DNA of 64,000 nt from an uncultured Chloroflexia bacterium. Lineage in GTDB: Bacteria; Chloroflexota; Limnocylindria; Limnocylindrales; CSP1-4. Positions 29,748-39,112 of this stretch are shown piece after piece. The notes beneath the pieces are model-generated. The model did not search any database. It saw nothing but the letters and a program-made list of their open reading frames with translations, and was not told the origin of the DNA. A program made the translations under genes and the position numbers. Numbering within the stretch: the first letter of the stretch is position 1; the number at the start of each line of letters is the position of its first letter. The DNA is taken from contig CAVOXZ010000019.1 in NCBI GenBank assembly GCA_963700555.1, positions 210,408 to 274,407 on the forward strand, in the 5' to 3' direction.

Positions 29748-30560
29748 CTAGCGAGCACTGTCGGCGGTGGCGGCCAGCAGGGTCTTGACCTCGAACGGGG
29801 AGATCCCGGGATGGGCCGACCGGATCCGGGTCGCGTACCCGGCGATGTGCGGCGCGGCAAAGCTGTTGCCGGTGACGGTCATCCGGGTGCCGCCACGCCA
29901 CGCGACGTCGACGTTGAGGCCGTGCGCTCCGAACTCGACCGGCGGCTCCGGGTTGTAGAACCAGGTCCCCGGGTCCGGGACGTCGTGGGCCGCGACCGAG
30001 ACCACCGACGCGTACAGCGACGGGTAGCTGGCGGCGGACACGTTGTTGGCAGCCGCGACGAGCAGGATGTTGTGGAAGTACGCCGCGTCCGCGAGCTCGT
30101 GGAGCGGACCGAACATCTGCTCGCTGCGCGACGAGAGCGAGAGGTTGACGACCGACGCCCCGGACTCCTCGATCGCCCACCGCAGTCCGCGCGCGAAGGC
30201 CCCGCCGTTGCCGCGGTTGTCGGCGCCCAGCACCCGGATCGAGACGAGGTCCGACTCGGGTGCGAGCGCGTGGATGATCCCGGCGCACGCGGTGCCGTGG
30301 CCCACGACGTCGAGCGCCGGAGCGTCCACCACCATCCAGTCCTCACCCTCGCGCTCCACCGACACGCTCCGGACCAGCCGCCCGCCGACGGCCGGGTGCG
30401 TGGCCTCCACCCCGGAGTCCACGATCGCGACCCGCACGCCCCGCCCCGACCCGTCACCGAACGCCCAGGCCCGGTCCACCCGGCCCCACGGTCCGTGCCG
30501 GTCCAGCGTATCGCGGTGGCCGACCGCGAACGGCTCGCCCCAGGCCGGGAGGTCGCTCAT
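29748..30560 (-). CDS. S8-family (subtilisin-like) serine peptidase, short form without signal peptide
   Basis: 270 aa with Asp (VAIVDSGV), His (VVGHGTACAG), Asn (LVAAANN) and Ser (TGNSFAAPHIAG). The ATG overlaps the stop of the upstream GAF gene (ATGA). Confidence 0.9.
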   Translation of the reverse strand: MSDLPAWGEPFAVGHRDTLDRHGPWGRVDRAWAFGDGSGRGVRVAIVDSGVEATHPAVGGRLVRSVSVEREGEDWMVVDAPALDVVGHGTACAGIIHALAPESDLVSIRVLGADNRGNGGAFARGLRWAIEESGASVVNLSLSSRSEQMFGPLHELADAAYFHNILLVAAANNVSAASYPSLYASVVSVAAHDVPDPGTWFYNPEPPVEFGAHGLNVDVAWRGGTRMTVTGNSFAAPHIAGYATRIRSAHPGISPFEVKTLLAATADSAR

Positions 30561-31434
30561 CCGCGGAACGACCGCTGCCCGTGCCGCGGCGCCCGGCGGG
30601 CGAGGGCGTCGAGGATCTCGATCACCAGCGCCACCTGGTCGGGTGCGGCCTGTCGGGCACGAGCCACGGCATCGGCAAGCGCCCACAGCCGGTCGTCCGT
30701 GTCGCCATCCAGGTCGGCGACGGCCTCGGCGATAGCTCCGGTGAGCCCCTCCTCGCTCGCCTCGGATCCAGCCGCCAGGCGCAGGAGCGCAAGGCGCAGC
30801 AGCTCGGCGACGTCCCGTTCGACGCGGCTGGCGCGGATGGCCACGGTCGCCTGCCGGGCGAAGATCGACGCCAGGTCGAGGTCGCGGAGGCCGAACCCGG
30901 CCTCGTCGCGCTTGTCGAGGACCTCCAGCACGCCGATCGTGCCGTCGTCGTCGAGCATCGGGACCGCGAGGATCGAGCGCGGGACATAGCCGGTGATCTC
31001 GGCCGTGGACCGGTCGAACCTCGGATCCGCCGACGTGTCGCTCACGGCAAGTGGCTGGCCGGTCGTGAACACGTAGCCGGCGACGCCCTCCGTTGCCGGG
31101 AACGACAGCCCGACGGCGCCCGCCCCCGCGCTGCCGGCCGCCTCGCGGATGACGAGCCTGTCGGTCAGCGGATCGTGCAGCGCGATCGACGCGGCCTCGG
31201 CGTCGAAGAGGGCTGCGGTCGCCTCGATCACGGAGCGGAGCACGGCCGCTCCCCGGGGGGCTCGATCCGGGAGGCGGCGGCCGCGCGCGCGGCCACCGCC
31301 TCGAGGACCTCCCGGATGGCGGCATCGCGTGGCTGGGTCAAGCAGGGGCCTCCGCTGCGGAATGGGGGGCAATCGTACAGACCGCCGTCGTACACTTCGC
31401 GCCACTCCCAGCGTCCGGGACCGCGAACGTCCAT
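30557..31434 (-). CDS. GAF-domain protein; frame broken once near nt 31255 (C6/G4 run; net -1); start uncertain
   Basis: ...AAIREVLEAVAARAAAASRIEPP / AAVLRSVIEATAALFDAEAASIALHD...GVAGYVFTTGQPLAVSDTSADPRFDRSTAEITGYVPRSILAVPMLDDDGTIGVLEVLDK is a typical GAF core. It is followed by a helical C-tail. Confidence 0.75.
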
Positions 31435-31513
31435 GACGCCGGGCTGGTTCGATGGTCAGGGCGGGAGGATCGACGGTGCGGCGGACAACCCAGGGACGGC
31501 GGGGCTACCGGGC

Positions 31514-33346
31514 ATGAGCGAGCAGACGGCCGCCACGCCCGCAGCGATCTCCTCGACGGCGGTCTTCAAGCGCCGCGACTTCGTGCTCATGTGGATGGCA
31601 CAGCTGGTGTCCACCGCCGGCTCGTCGCTGACGGACCTCGCCGCCGCGATCTACGTCTACCAGCAGACCGGGTCGGCCCTGCTGGTGGGCCTGACGCTCA
31701 TGGCCACCGCCGTCCCCAGCCTCATCGTCGGCCTCATCGCGGGCGTGTTCGTGGATCGCGTGGACCGGCGCAAGGTCATGATGGCCAGCAACCTGCTCCA
31801 GGGCATCGTCGTGGCGCTGATCCCGTTCCTGCTGGGGCTGGACATCTCGCTGCTGTTCGTGGCCATCCTGGTCAACGCCGGGGTGAAGCAGTTCTTCGAC
31901 CCCGCGTACGAGGCGCTCATCCCGGAGATCGCGAGCGACGAGGAGCTGACGGCGGCCAACGCGTTCCTCCAGATCGCCTCGTTCGGCTCCACGGCCATCG
32001 GGTTCGCGGGCGCCGGCCTCCTCGCGGCCATCGACATCCGGCTGGCCTTCTGGCTCGACTCGCTGACGTTCGTGTTCTCGGCGGCCTGCATCTACCTGAT
32101 GCGGGTGCGGATCAAGATGGACAAGCCCGAGGAGGACGCGACCGTCGGGGTCGTGGTCACGAACCTCAAGATCGGGATCCGGACCATCGCCGAGATCCCC
32201 ATGCTCCGCTCGCTGTTCCTGCTCGGCGCGCCGGTGTTCTTCGCCTTCGGCCTGTGGAACGTGCTGCTGCTGCCGATGGCGATCAAGGTCCTGGGCGCAT
32301 CAGAGTTCGAGTACGGCATCCAGGAGGGCCTGACGTCGGTCGGCTTCGTCATCGGCAGCCTGTTCATGGCCAGGTATGCCGGCCGCCTGCAGATCGGGCT
32401 GTGGGTGTTCGTGGGCACCATGGGCATGGGTCTCGCGGGGGTGTTCTACGCGTTCTCGCCCAGCATCGCGGTCGCGATCGTGTGGGTGACCATCAGCGGC
32501 TTCTTCAACTCGCCCGCGGGGGTCGCCCGCCAGACGCTCCTCCAGCGGCACACCCCGCGAGAGCTGCGAGGCCGCGTGTTCTCCGCCCTGTTCGTCATGC
32601 GCGACGTCATCTTCCTCGCCGGCATGGCGGGCGCCGGGCTCGCGGACATCATCGACGTGCGGCTCATGCTCCTGCTGTCGTCCCTGATCCTGGTGGTCGT
32701 CGCCCTGGCCTCACTCATCGCCCCCGGTGTCGGTCGTCCGGCGGCCGAGTGGCGACGGGCCCTCACGACGCTCCGATCCGCCCCGGCCGAGGCCGCGGTC
32801 CCGGCCCTGCTGCGGCCGGCGACCATGGGCGACTTCGGGCTGCTCGTCGGGCGGCTGGCCACCTTCACCCGTCTCACGGATCCGCAGCGCGCCGCGTTCG
32901 TGAGCCAGGCGCAGGTCCGCGACGTCACGGCGGGCACCCGGATCGTCACCCAGGGCGAGAAGGCGACCGCGGCCTACTTCATCCTCGACGGCGAGGCGGC
33001 CGCGGGCATCCCGGACGCCGATGGCGGCTATCGAGGCCTGTCGACGATGGGTGCCGGCGACTTCTTCGGCGAGATCGCCGCCCTCACCGGGTCGGCGCGC
33101 ACGGCCGACGTGGTCACGACCCGCGACAGCACGCTCATGGAGGTGCCGGCGGATGCGCTCCGGGCCGTGATGGAGATCCCGGAGGTCAGCAAGCTGCTGC
33201 TGTCCACGCTGACCGAGCGGCTCCTGCGGAGCAACCAGCCGGACCTGCCGCGGCTCGCGAGCATGGACCAGGCGGCCCTGCGCGACCTGCGGACGAAGGC
33301 GCCCACCGTGGAGGCCCTCCCCAAGGCATACGACGCCTCGGCGTAA
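31514..33346 (+). CDS. MFS transporter (EntS/MFS_3-like, 12 TM) fused to a C-terminal cyclic-nucleotide-binding (CAP_ED) domain
   Basis: Intact 610 aa. The MFS loop motif reads GVFVDRVDRRKVM. The C-terminal ~150 aa read VTAGTRIVTQGEKATAAYFILDGEA...GAGDFFGEIAALTGSARTADVVT, the FGE...R(S/T)A cNMP-binding signature. Confidence 0.85.
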   Translation: MSEQTAATPAAISSTAVFKRRDFVLMWMAQLVSTAGSSLTDLAAAIYVYQQTGSALLVGLTLMATAVPSLIVGLIAGVFVDRVDRRKVMMASNLLQGIVVALIPFLLGLDISLLFVAILVNAGVKQFFDPAYEALIPEIASDEELTAANAFLQIASFGSTAIGFAGAGLLAAIDIRLAFWLDSLTFVFSAACIYLMRVRIKMDKPEEDATVGVVVTNLKIGIRTIAEIPMLRSLFLLGAPVFFAFGLWNVLLLPMAIKVLGASEFEYGIQEGLTSVGFVIGSLFMARYAGRLQIGLWVFVGTMGMGLAGVFYAFSPSIAVAIVWVTISGFFNSPAGVARQTLLQRHTPRELRGRVFSALFVMRDVIFLAGMAGAGLADIIDVRLMLLLSSLILVVVALASLIAPGVGRPAAEWRRALTTLRSAPAEAAVPALLRPATMGDFGLLVGRLATFTRLTDPQRAAFVSQAQVRDVTAGTRIVTQGEKATAAYFILDGEAAAGIPDADGGYRGLSTMGAGDFFGEIAALTGSARTADVVTTRDSTLMEVPADALRAVMEIPEVSKLLLSTLTERLLRSNQPDLPRLASMDQAALRDLRTKAPTVEALPKAYDASA

Positions 33347-33352
33347 CCCTCG

Positions 33353-33992
33353 TCAGCCCCTGGGCACTGGGCGCATCGGGTAGACGCCCACGACGATCGG
33401 CGCCCGGGGGTCCAGGCCCAGCTCGTAGCCCACGTCGCCCCCGGCGAGGAGCTCCGCAATGAGGCTGCTCTCGGGCGGGGGCAGGCCGATGAACAGGACG
33501 TGGTCGCCCAACGCGAATAGGGCTGACGTCGTCGTCGCCGCCATCGATGCCGAACCGGCGTCGGAGCTCGTGGAGGGGGATCCACGGGCGGCTCTTGATG
33601 AACCGGCGCAGCTGGGCGACGGTGCAGGTGGGGCGCGCGAGGTCCAGATCGCCGCGACCCTGGGCGTCACGCCCCGGGTCGGCCGGATGACCGGCGGGTG
33701 TCTGGGCGGCCGCTTCCGCAGCGGCGACGGGATGGGTGGCGGCCGGCTGAGGGTCGTCCGGCGCGACGACCTCCGGCTGCCCGACCTGCTGGGGTGGCGC
33801 ATCCGCGTAGGCGACGCGCGGCGCGGGGACCTCGCCTCGCAGCTCGGCGCGCCCCTGCGGGCGGATGTCGGTTCGCCTGTCCGAGGGCGCATCCGCGGAC
33901 GCGCCGGACCGATCGCCGGCCGGGCTCGCAGGACGGGGTCGCGGGCCCTGGGCCGCATGCTGGTGCCGGGGGTGCCGGCCGCGACGGCTCAT
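33353..33992 (-). CDS. hypothetical protein (disordered Pro/Arg-rich N-half, small folded C-domain); frame broken once near nt 33525
   Basis: ...TVAQLRRFIKSRPWIPLHELRRRFGIDGGDDDVS continues in the next frame as ALFALGDHVLFIGLPPPESSLIAELLAGGDVGYELGLDPRAPIVVGVYPMRPV. No family was recognised. Confidence 0.45.
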
Positions 33993-34115
33993 CAGCCGTG
34001 GAACCGCGGGTCGCTGACCCGCTCGGGAAGGAAGGTCATGAACAGAGGCTCTGGCGTCGGCCGGGGGCTCGGCCGATCGGCGGATGATACTCCCGGTCGC
34101 CGATCCTCGCCGTCG

Positions 34116-35279
34116 TCAGCCCCGCACGACCAGCAGGTCGCGGGGCAGCTCGTTGAGCACGATCGGGCCGTCGTCCCCGCACACGACGATGTCCTCGATC
34201 CGCGCTCCATGACGGCCCTCGAGGTAGATGCCGGGCTCCACGCTGAACGTCATGCCGGCGGCGAGCAGCTCGGCGTTGCCCGCGACCAGGTACGGGTCCT
34301 CGTGGCCCTCCAGCCCGATGCCGTGCCCGGTCCGGTGGATGAACTGCGGCCCGTAGCCCGCGTCGGCGATCCGCCGGCGGGCCTCCGCGTCGATCACCTC
34401 GCAGGGGATGCCGGGCCGGACGGCGGCCGTGGCCGCGGCCTGCGCCTCCTGGAGCACCGCGTACAGGGCCCGGAACCCCTCGTCGGGTCCGATCCCCGCC
34501 GGGCCCTCCACCCAGATCGTCCGGGTGATGTCGGACCCGTACCCGCCCAGCATGCCGCCGATGTCGATCACGATCGGCTCGCCGGCGCGGATCAGCCGGT
34601 CGCCCGCGTCGTGGTGCGGGGAGGCGCTGTTGGGCCCGGAGGCGACGATCCAGAACTCGGCGTGGTCGTGCCCCTCGGCGACCAGCCGGTCCCGCACCTC
34701 GCGGGCGACGTCCGCCTCGGCGCGGCCGACGAGGCGCCCGCCCGCGACGGCGGCCACCACGCGATCCGCCGCCTGGGCGGCGAGGCGCAGTAGCGCGATC
34801 TCGTCCCGGTCCTTGCGCATCCGGAGCGTGCGCAGGATCGTCGAGGCCAGCGAGAACCGGGCACCGGGGAGCACCCGCTGGAGTCCGAGCACGAAGGCGG
34901 CCCGCAACCCGTCCGAGACGGCGACCGACAACCCATCCGACGACCGGCCCGTCGCGCGATCCAGGCTGTCCGCGACCAGCCGCATCGGATCCTCGGTCTC
35001 CTCCCAGGTGGACACCTCCAGCGCCCCCGCCGCAGCCGCCGGGCACCCGCGCGCGGGGCTCGCCTCCAGGCGGGGGGCGACCAGGGTCGCCGGCGCGCCA
35101 TCGGCGGTCGGCAGCACGAGCAGGGTGAGCCGCTCCAGGGGCAGCGCCTCGTAGCCGGCGAGATACCGCAAGTCCGCGCCCACGCCGATCAGCAACGCGT
35201 CCAGGCCGGCCGCCGCAGCCTCGCGACGAGCCGTCTCGAGCCGATCCGGATAGCGGTCGGCGGGGATCCTGCGCGTCAC
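34116..35279 (-). CDS. M24-family Xaa-Pro aminopeptidase/dipeptidase
   Basis: Intact 387 aa with VIDIGGMLGGYGSDITRT, HRTGHGIGLEGHE, FSVEPGIY and ARIEDIVV metal ligands. The GTG overlaps the upstream stop. Confidence 0.9.
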   Translation of the reverse strand: MTRRIPADRYPDRLETARREAAAAGLDALLIGVGADLRYLAGYEALPLERLTLLVLPTADGAPATLVAPRLEASPARGCPAAAAGALEVSTWEETEDPMRLVADSLDRATGRSSDGLSVAVSDGLRAAFVLGLQRVLPGARFSLASTILRTLRMRKDRDEIALLRLAAQAADRVVAAVAGGRLVGRAEADVAREVRDRLVAEGHDHAEFWIVASGPNSASPHHDAGDRLIRAGEPIVIDIGGMLGGYGSDITRTIWVEGPAGIGPDEGFRALYAVLQEAQAAATAAVRPGIPCEVIDAEARRRIADAGYGPQFIHRTGHGIGLEGHEDPYLVAGNAELLAAGMTFSVEPGIYLEGRHGARIEDIVVCGDDGPIVLNELPRDLLVVRG

Positions 35280-35692
35280 GCCTCGCCCTGCTCGCCGGCC
35301 GTCGCCGCCTCGGGGGTCACGAGGGCCGCGATCCAGGCACCGAGCAGCCGATCACCTTGCTCGAACAGCGCGCGATACGCATGGACACGCGCGGCACCCG
35401 CCGCCAGCGCAGACCGCCGGAGGGCGGCGTCATCGTGCTGGCCGACGGCGATCGCGGGCACCCCGGCCTGCCGTGACGCCTCGAGCGCCCCCAGGCCGTC
35501 GTAGGCTCGCGCCGTGAGATCCACCAGGCACCCGTCCGCCTCTCGAAGGGCGGCCGACAGGGCTTCCTGCGAGCGCACGAGGATCGGCTCGGCGCCCGCC
35601 CGGCGCACCCCGTCCTCGAGGCGCGTGGACCAGATGAGGTCGTCCGCGAGGATCGCGATGCGGACGCGCGGCCGGAGGGGGTCCCCCGTCAC
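35276..35692 (-). CDS. receiver-like (CheY-fold) single-domain protein, atypical
   Basis: The 138-aa product reads RIAILADDLIW...CLVDLTA...VPAIAVGQHDD...AGAARV. The acidic pocket and an Asp in LVDL are present, but the conserved Lys region is not obvious. GTGA overlaps occur at both ends. Confidence 0.45.
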   Translation of the reverse strand: MTGDPLRPRVRIAILADDLIWSTRLEDGVRRAGAEPILVRSQEALSAALREADGCLVDLTARAYDGLGALEASRQAGVPAIAVGQHDDAALRRSALAAGAARVHAYRALFEQGDRLLGAWIAALVTPEAATAGEQGEA

Positions 35693-36189
35693 CCGAGCGC
35701 GGCGACCAGGTGCCGGAACAGGTCGGGCGCGTCGACCAGCCCGATCGGTCGCCCGTCCTCGACGACCGGGATGTGGCGGAACTCGCCAACGGCCATCTTG
35801 TGGATCGCGATCGCCAGCGTGTCCTCGCTGCGCAGGACCACCGGGTCCGGCGTCATGAAGTCCTGCACGTGGAACAGCTGGAGGCGCTTGTCGGCGGCCT
35901 TCGTGATCGCGTCGCGATCGGTGAAGATGCCCACGAGCTCGTCCCCATCCACCACGAGCAGGCAATCCGACCCGGAGGTGTGCATCTGGCGGATCGCCTC
36001 CGCCACGCCAAGCGTGGGGGCCACGGCCTGGAACTCGGACAGGCCGAGCTTGTCGAGGTGCTCTCCCAGCACGGTGTCCCCGTAGTCGAGCGCCGGCTCG
36101 GGGGTGTCGATCGCCGACAGGTCGGCGCCGCAGTTGTCGCAGGTGTCGTCGCCGGCGAAGTTCTCGTGCCGGCAGTTGGGGCAGATCAT
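35689..36189 (-). CDS. zinc-ribbon + CBS-pair domain protein
   Basis: MICPNCRHENFAGDDTCDNCG is a CxxC...CxxC ribbon. It is followed by two CBS motifs (LLVVDGDELVGIFTDRD; HIPVVEDGRPIGLVDAPD). Confidence 0.8.
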   Translation of the reverse strand: MICPNCRHENFAGDDTCDNCGADLSAIDTPEPALDYGDTVLGEHLDKLGLSEFQAVAPTLGVAEAIRQMHTSGSDCLLVVDGDELVGIFTDRDAITKAADKRLQLFHVQDFMTPDPVVLRSEDTLAIAIHKMAVGEFRHIPVVEDGRPIGLVDAPDLFRHLVAALG

Positions 36190-36191
36190 CG

Positions 36192-37223
36192 TCACTCCAC
36201 CGTCCATGTCTCGCCGGACAGGAGAAGCTGGGCGAGGTCTCCCTCGCCCGACTTGGCCTTCGCCTGCTCGATCTGGGCTTCGACCAGCTCCGACTGGGTT
36301 GCGCTCTGCACCTGGCGGAAGACGCCCACCGGCACCGGGAACTCCGGCCAGAACATGCGCGACAGGATCAGCGCCAGGTATGGATCCTCGGCGTACTGGT
36401 CGTGGACCGCGAGGTCCTCCTCGGTGATGCCATCCTCGCCGATCGTCACGACCTCGGGGTGCAGCCCGTTGAGCCGGATGCCCTTGTTGCGCTCCTTGCC
36501 GAACACCAGCGGCTTGCCATGCTCGAGCACGAGCATGCGATCGTCACGGACCTCCCGATCGGTGAACTCGCGCCAGGCTCCATCGTTGAAGATGTTGCAG
36601 TTCTGGAGCACTTCCAGGAAGGCCGCTCCCTTGTGGCGGCCGGCGGCCTCGAGCGACGTCTGCAGGTGCTCGGTGTGGGTGTCGACGGTCCGGGCGACGA
36701 ACGTGGCCTCGGCGGCCAGCGCGATCGTGAGCGGCATGATCGGCCGGTCGGTCGAGCCCATCGGCGTGGACTTGGTGCGCTTGCCGATCTCAGAGGTCGG
36801 TGACGCCTGACCCTTGGTCAGGCCGTAGATCCGGTTGTTGTGCATCACCATGGTGAAGTTCACGTTCCGGCGCATGGAGTGCAGGAAGTGGTTGCCACCG
36901 ATGGACAGCGCGTCACCGTCGCCGGTGATCACCCAGACCATCAGGTCGGGGCGCGCGATCCGGAGGCCCGTGGCCAGCGTGGCGGCCCGGCCGTGGATGC
37001 TGTGGAAGCCGTACGTGTTCATGTAGTACGGCAGCCGGCCCGAGCAGCCGATGCCGGAGATGAACACGATGCTCTCGCGCGGCACCCCGAAGTCCGGCAT
37101 CACCTTCTGGGTCTGGGCGAGGATCGAGTAGTCCCCGCAACCGGGGCACCACCGGACCTCCTGCTCGGCAACGAAGTCCTTGCGGGTCAGCTTGATCGGG
37201 ACGGTATCGAGAACGTCGGTCAT
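36192..37223 (-). CDS. korB: 2-oxoglutarate/2-oxoacid:ferredoxin oxidoreductase, beta subunit
   Basis: WCPGCGDYSIL, GIGCSGRLPYY and the TPP motif ITGDGDALSIGGNHFLH are present. The ATG overlaps the korA stop (ATGA). Confidence 0.9.
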   Translation of the reverse strand: MTDVLDTVPIKLTRKDFVAEQEVRWCPGCGDYSILAQTQKVMPDFGVPRESIVFISGIGCSGRLPYYMNTYGFHSIHGRAATLATGLRIARPDLMVWVITGDGDALSIGGNHFLHSMRRNVNFTMVMHNNRIYGLTKGQASPTSEIGKRTKSTPMGSTDRPIMPLTIALAAEATFVARTVDTHTEHLQTSLEAAGRHKGAAFLEVLQNCNIFNDGAWREFTDREVRDDRMLVLEHGKPLVFGKERNKGIRLNGLHPEVVTIGEDGITEEDLAVHDQYAEDPYLALILSRMFWPEFPVPVGVFRQVQSATQSELVEAQIEQAKAKSGEGDLAQLLLSGETWTVE

Positions 37224-39112
37224 CGGGATGCTCCGGGGGTCGAGGCGACGGCGCCGGCCATCGAGTCGAGGACACGGTCGGCCTCGTCCACGATCTCGGA
37301 GATCCGGAACGGCTTGCCCCGGACGCGGCCATAGCTGAGGGCGTCCACGAGGTACGTGCCGCGAAGGACGAAGCTGAGCTGCCCGAGGTTGAGCTCCGGG
37401 ACCAGCACCGTCCGGAAGCGACGAAGGACATCGCCGAGGTTGGCCGGGAACGGGAACAGGTAGCGGATGTGGGCGTGGGCGACGGACTTGCCCTCGGCCT
37501 GGAGCCGCTCGGCGGCGCTGCGCAGGGCGCCGTAGGTCGAGCCCCAGCCGACGATCAGCAGGTCGCCCGAGTCCGGCCCGAACACGTCCTGGTCGGGGAT
37601 GTCGTTCGCGATCCCGGCAACCTTGTCGCGGCGGAACACCGACATCCGGTGGTGGTTGTCGCCGTCGTAGTTGACCGTGCCCAGGCCGTCGAGCTTCTCG
37701 AGCCCGCCGATCCGGTGCTCGAGGCCCGCGGTGCCCGGGATCGCCCATGGACGGCTCAGCGTCGCGGGATCGCGACCGTACGGGAGGAACGTGGTCTCTC
37801 CCTTGACGGCGTTGGGGACGGAGATGTCGGGCAGCTCGTCCACCGAGGGCACGCGCCACGGCTCAGCCCCGTTGCCGACGAACGCGTCAGAGAGGTACAT
37901 CACCGGGGTCATGTACTTGAGGGCGATGCGCGAGGCCTCGACTGCCATCGAGAAGCATTCGCCGGGCGTCGCCGGCGCGACGACCGGCATCGGGCACTCT
38001 CCGTTGCGGCCGAAGATCGCCTGGAACAGGTCCGCCTGCTCCACCTTGGTCGGCAGGCCCGTGGACGGTCCGGCGCGCTGGACGTTGACGATGACCAGCG
38101 GCAGCTCGGTCATGACGGCGAGGCCCATCGCCTCCGTCTTGAGCGCAACCCCTGGCCCGGACGTGCCGGTCAGCGCCAGGGCGCCTCCATAGGCGGCACC
38201 GATCGTGGCGCCGATCGCCGCGATCTCGTCCTCGGCCTGGAAGGTGCGGACGCCGAAGTTCTTGTAGCTGGCCAGCTGGTGGAGGATGTCCGAGGCCGGG
38301 GTGATCGGGTAGGAGCCGTAGAACAGGTCGCGCCTGGCGGCCTGTGACGCGGCGAGGAAGCCGAGGGCCGTCGCCTCGTTGCCGGTGATGTTGCGGTAGG
38401 TGCCGGGCGGCAGCTTCGCCTTGGGGACCCGGTACGTCTGGTGGAACATCTCGGTCGTCTCGCCGAACGCGTAGCCGGCCTTGAGGGCGCGACGATTGGC
38501 CTCGGCGATGACCGGGCGGCTCGAGAACTTCTCCTCGATCCAGCTGATGGTCGGGTCCATCGACCGCTCGTACAGCCAGAACATCAGGCCCAGGGCGAAG
38601 AAGTTCTTGGTCAGGTCAACCTGCTTGCCGGTCATCTCGAGGCCGGCGAGCGCGTTCGCGTTGAGGGTGCTGATCGGGACCGGGAACACCCGGTATTCCT
38701 TGAGCGAGTCGTCGGTCAGCGGGTTGGAGCCGAAGGCCGCCTTGGACAGGTTGCCGGGCGTGAACGCGTCGCTGTTGACGATGATGGCCCCGCCGGGCGG
38801 CAGATCCCCCACGTTGGTCTTGAGCGCGGCCGGGTTCATCGCGACCAGCACGTCCGGCGCGTCACCGGGCGTGTGGATGTCCGAGGCGGAGAAGCTGATC
38901 TGGAAGCCCGACACACCCGGCAGCGAGCCGGCCGGGGCGCGAATCTCCGCGGGATAGTCCGGGAAGGTGCTGATGTCGTTGCCGAACACGGCCGCCGTCC
39001 GGGTGAACTGGGTCCCGGTGAGCTGCATCCCGTCGCCGGAGTCGCCGGCGAAGCGGATCGTGACCCGATCGAGCTCCTGGACGGTGTGTTCGAGCGGTTC
39101 CGTGCTGGTCAT
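37220..39112 (-). CDS. korA: 2-oxoglutarate/2-oxoacid:ferredoxin oxidoreductase, alpha subunit
   Basis: Intact 630 aa with RFAGDSGDGMQLTG, FPDYPAEIRAP and GYPITPASDI. Confidence 0.9.
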   Translation of the reverse strand: MTSTEPLEHTVQELDRVTIRFAGDSGDGMQLTGTQFTRTAAVFGNDISTFPDYPAEIRAPAGSLPGVSGFQISFSASDIHTPGDAPDVLVAMNPAALKTNVGDLPPGGAIIVNSDAFTPGNLSKAAFGSNPLTDDSLKEYRVFPVPISTLNANALAGLEMTGKQVDLTKNFFALGLMFWLYERSMDPTISWIEEKFSSRPVIAEANRRALKAGYAFGETTEMFHQTYRVPKAKLPPGTYRNITGNEATALGFLAASQAARRDLFYGSYPITPASDILHQLASYKNFGVRTFQAEDEIAAIGATIGAAYGGALALTGTSGPGVALKTEAMGLAVMTELPLVIVNVQRAGPSTGLPTKVEQADLFQAIFGRNGECPMPVVAPATPGECFSMAVEASRIALKYMTPVMYLSDAFVGNGAEPWRVPSVDELPDISVPNAVKGETTFLPYGRDPATLSRPWAIPGTAGLEHRIGGLEKLDGLGTVNYDGDNHHRMSVFRRDKVAGIANDIPDQDVFGPDSGDLLIVGWGSTYGALRSAAERLQAEGKSVAHAHIRYLFPFPANLGDVLRRFRTVLVPELNLGQLSFVLRGTYLVDALSYGRVRGKPFRISEIVDEADRVLDSMAGAVASTPGASR

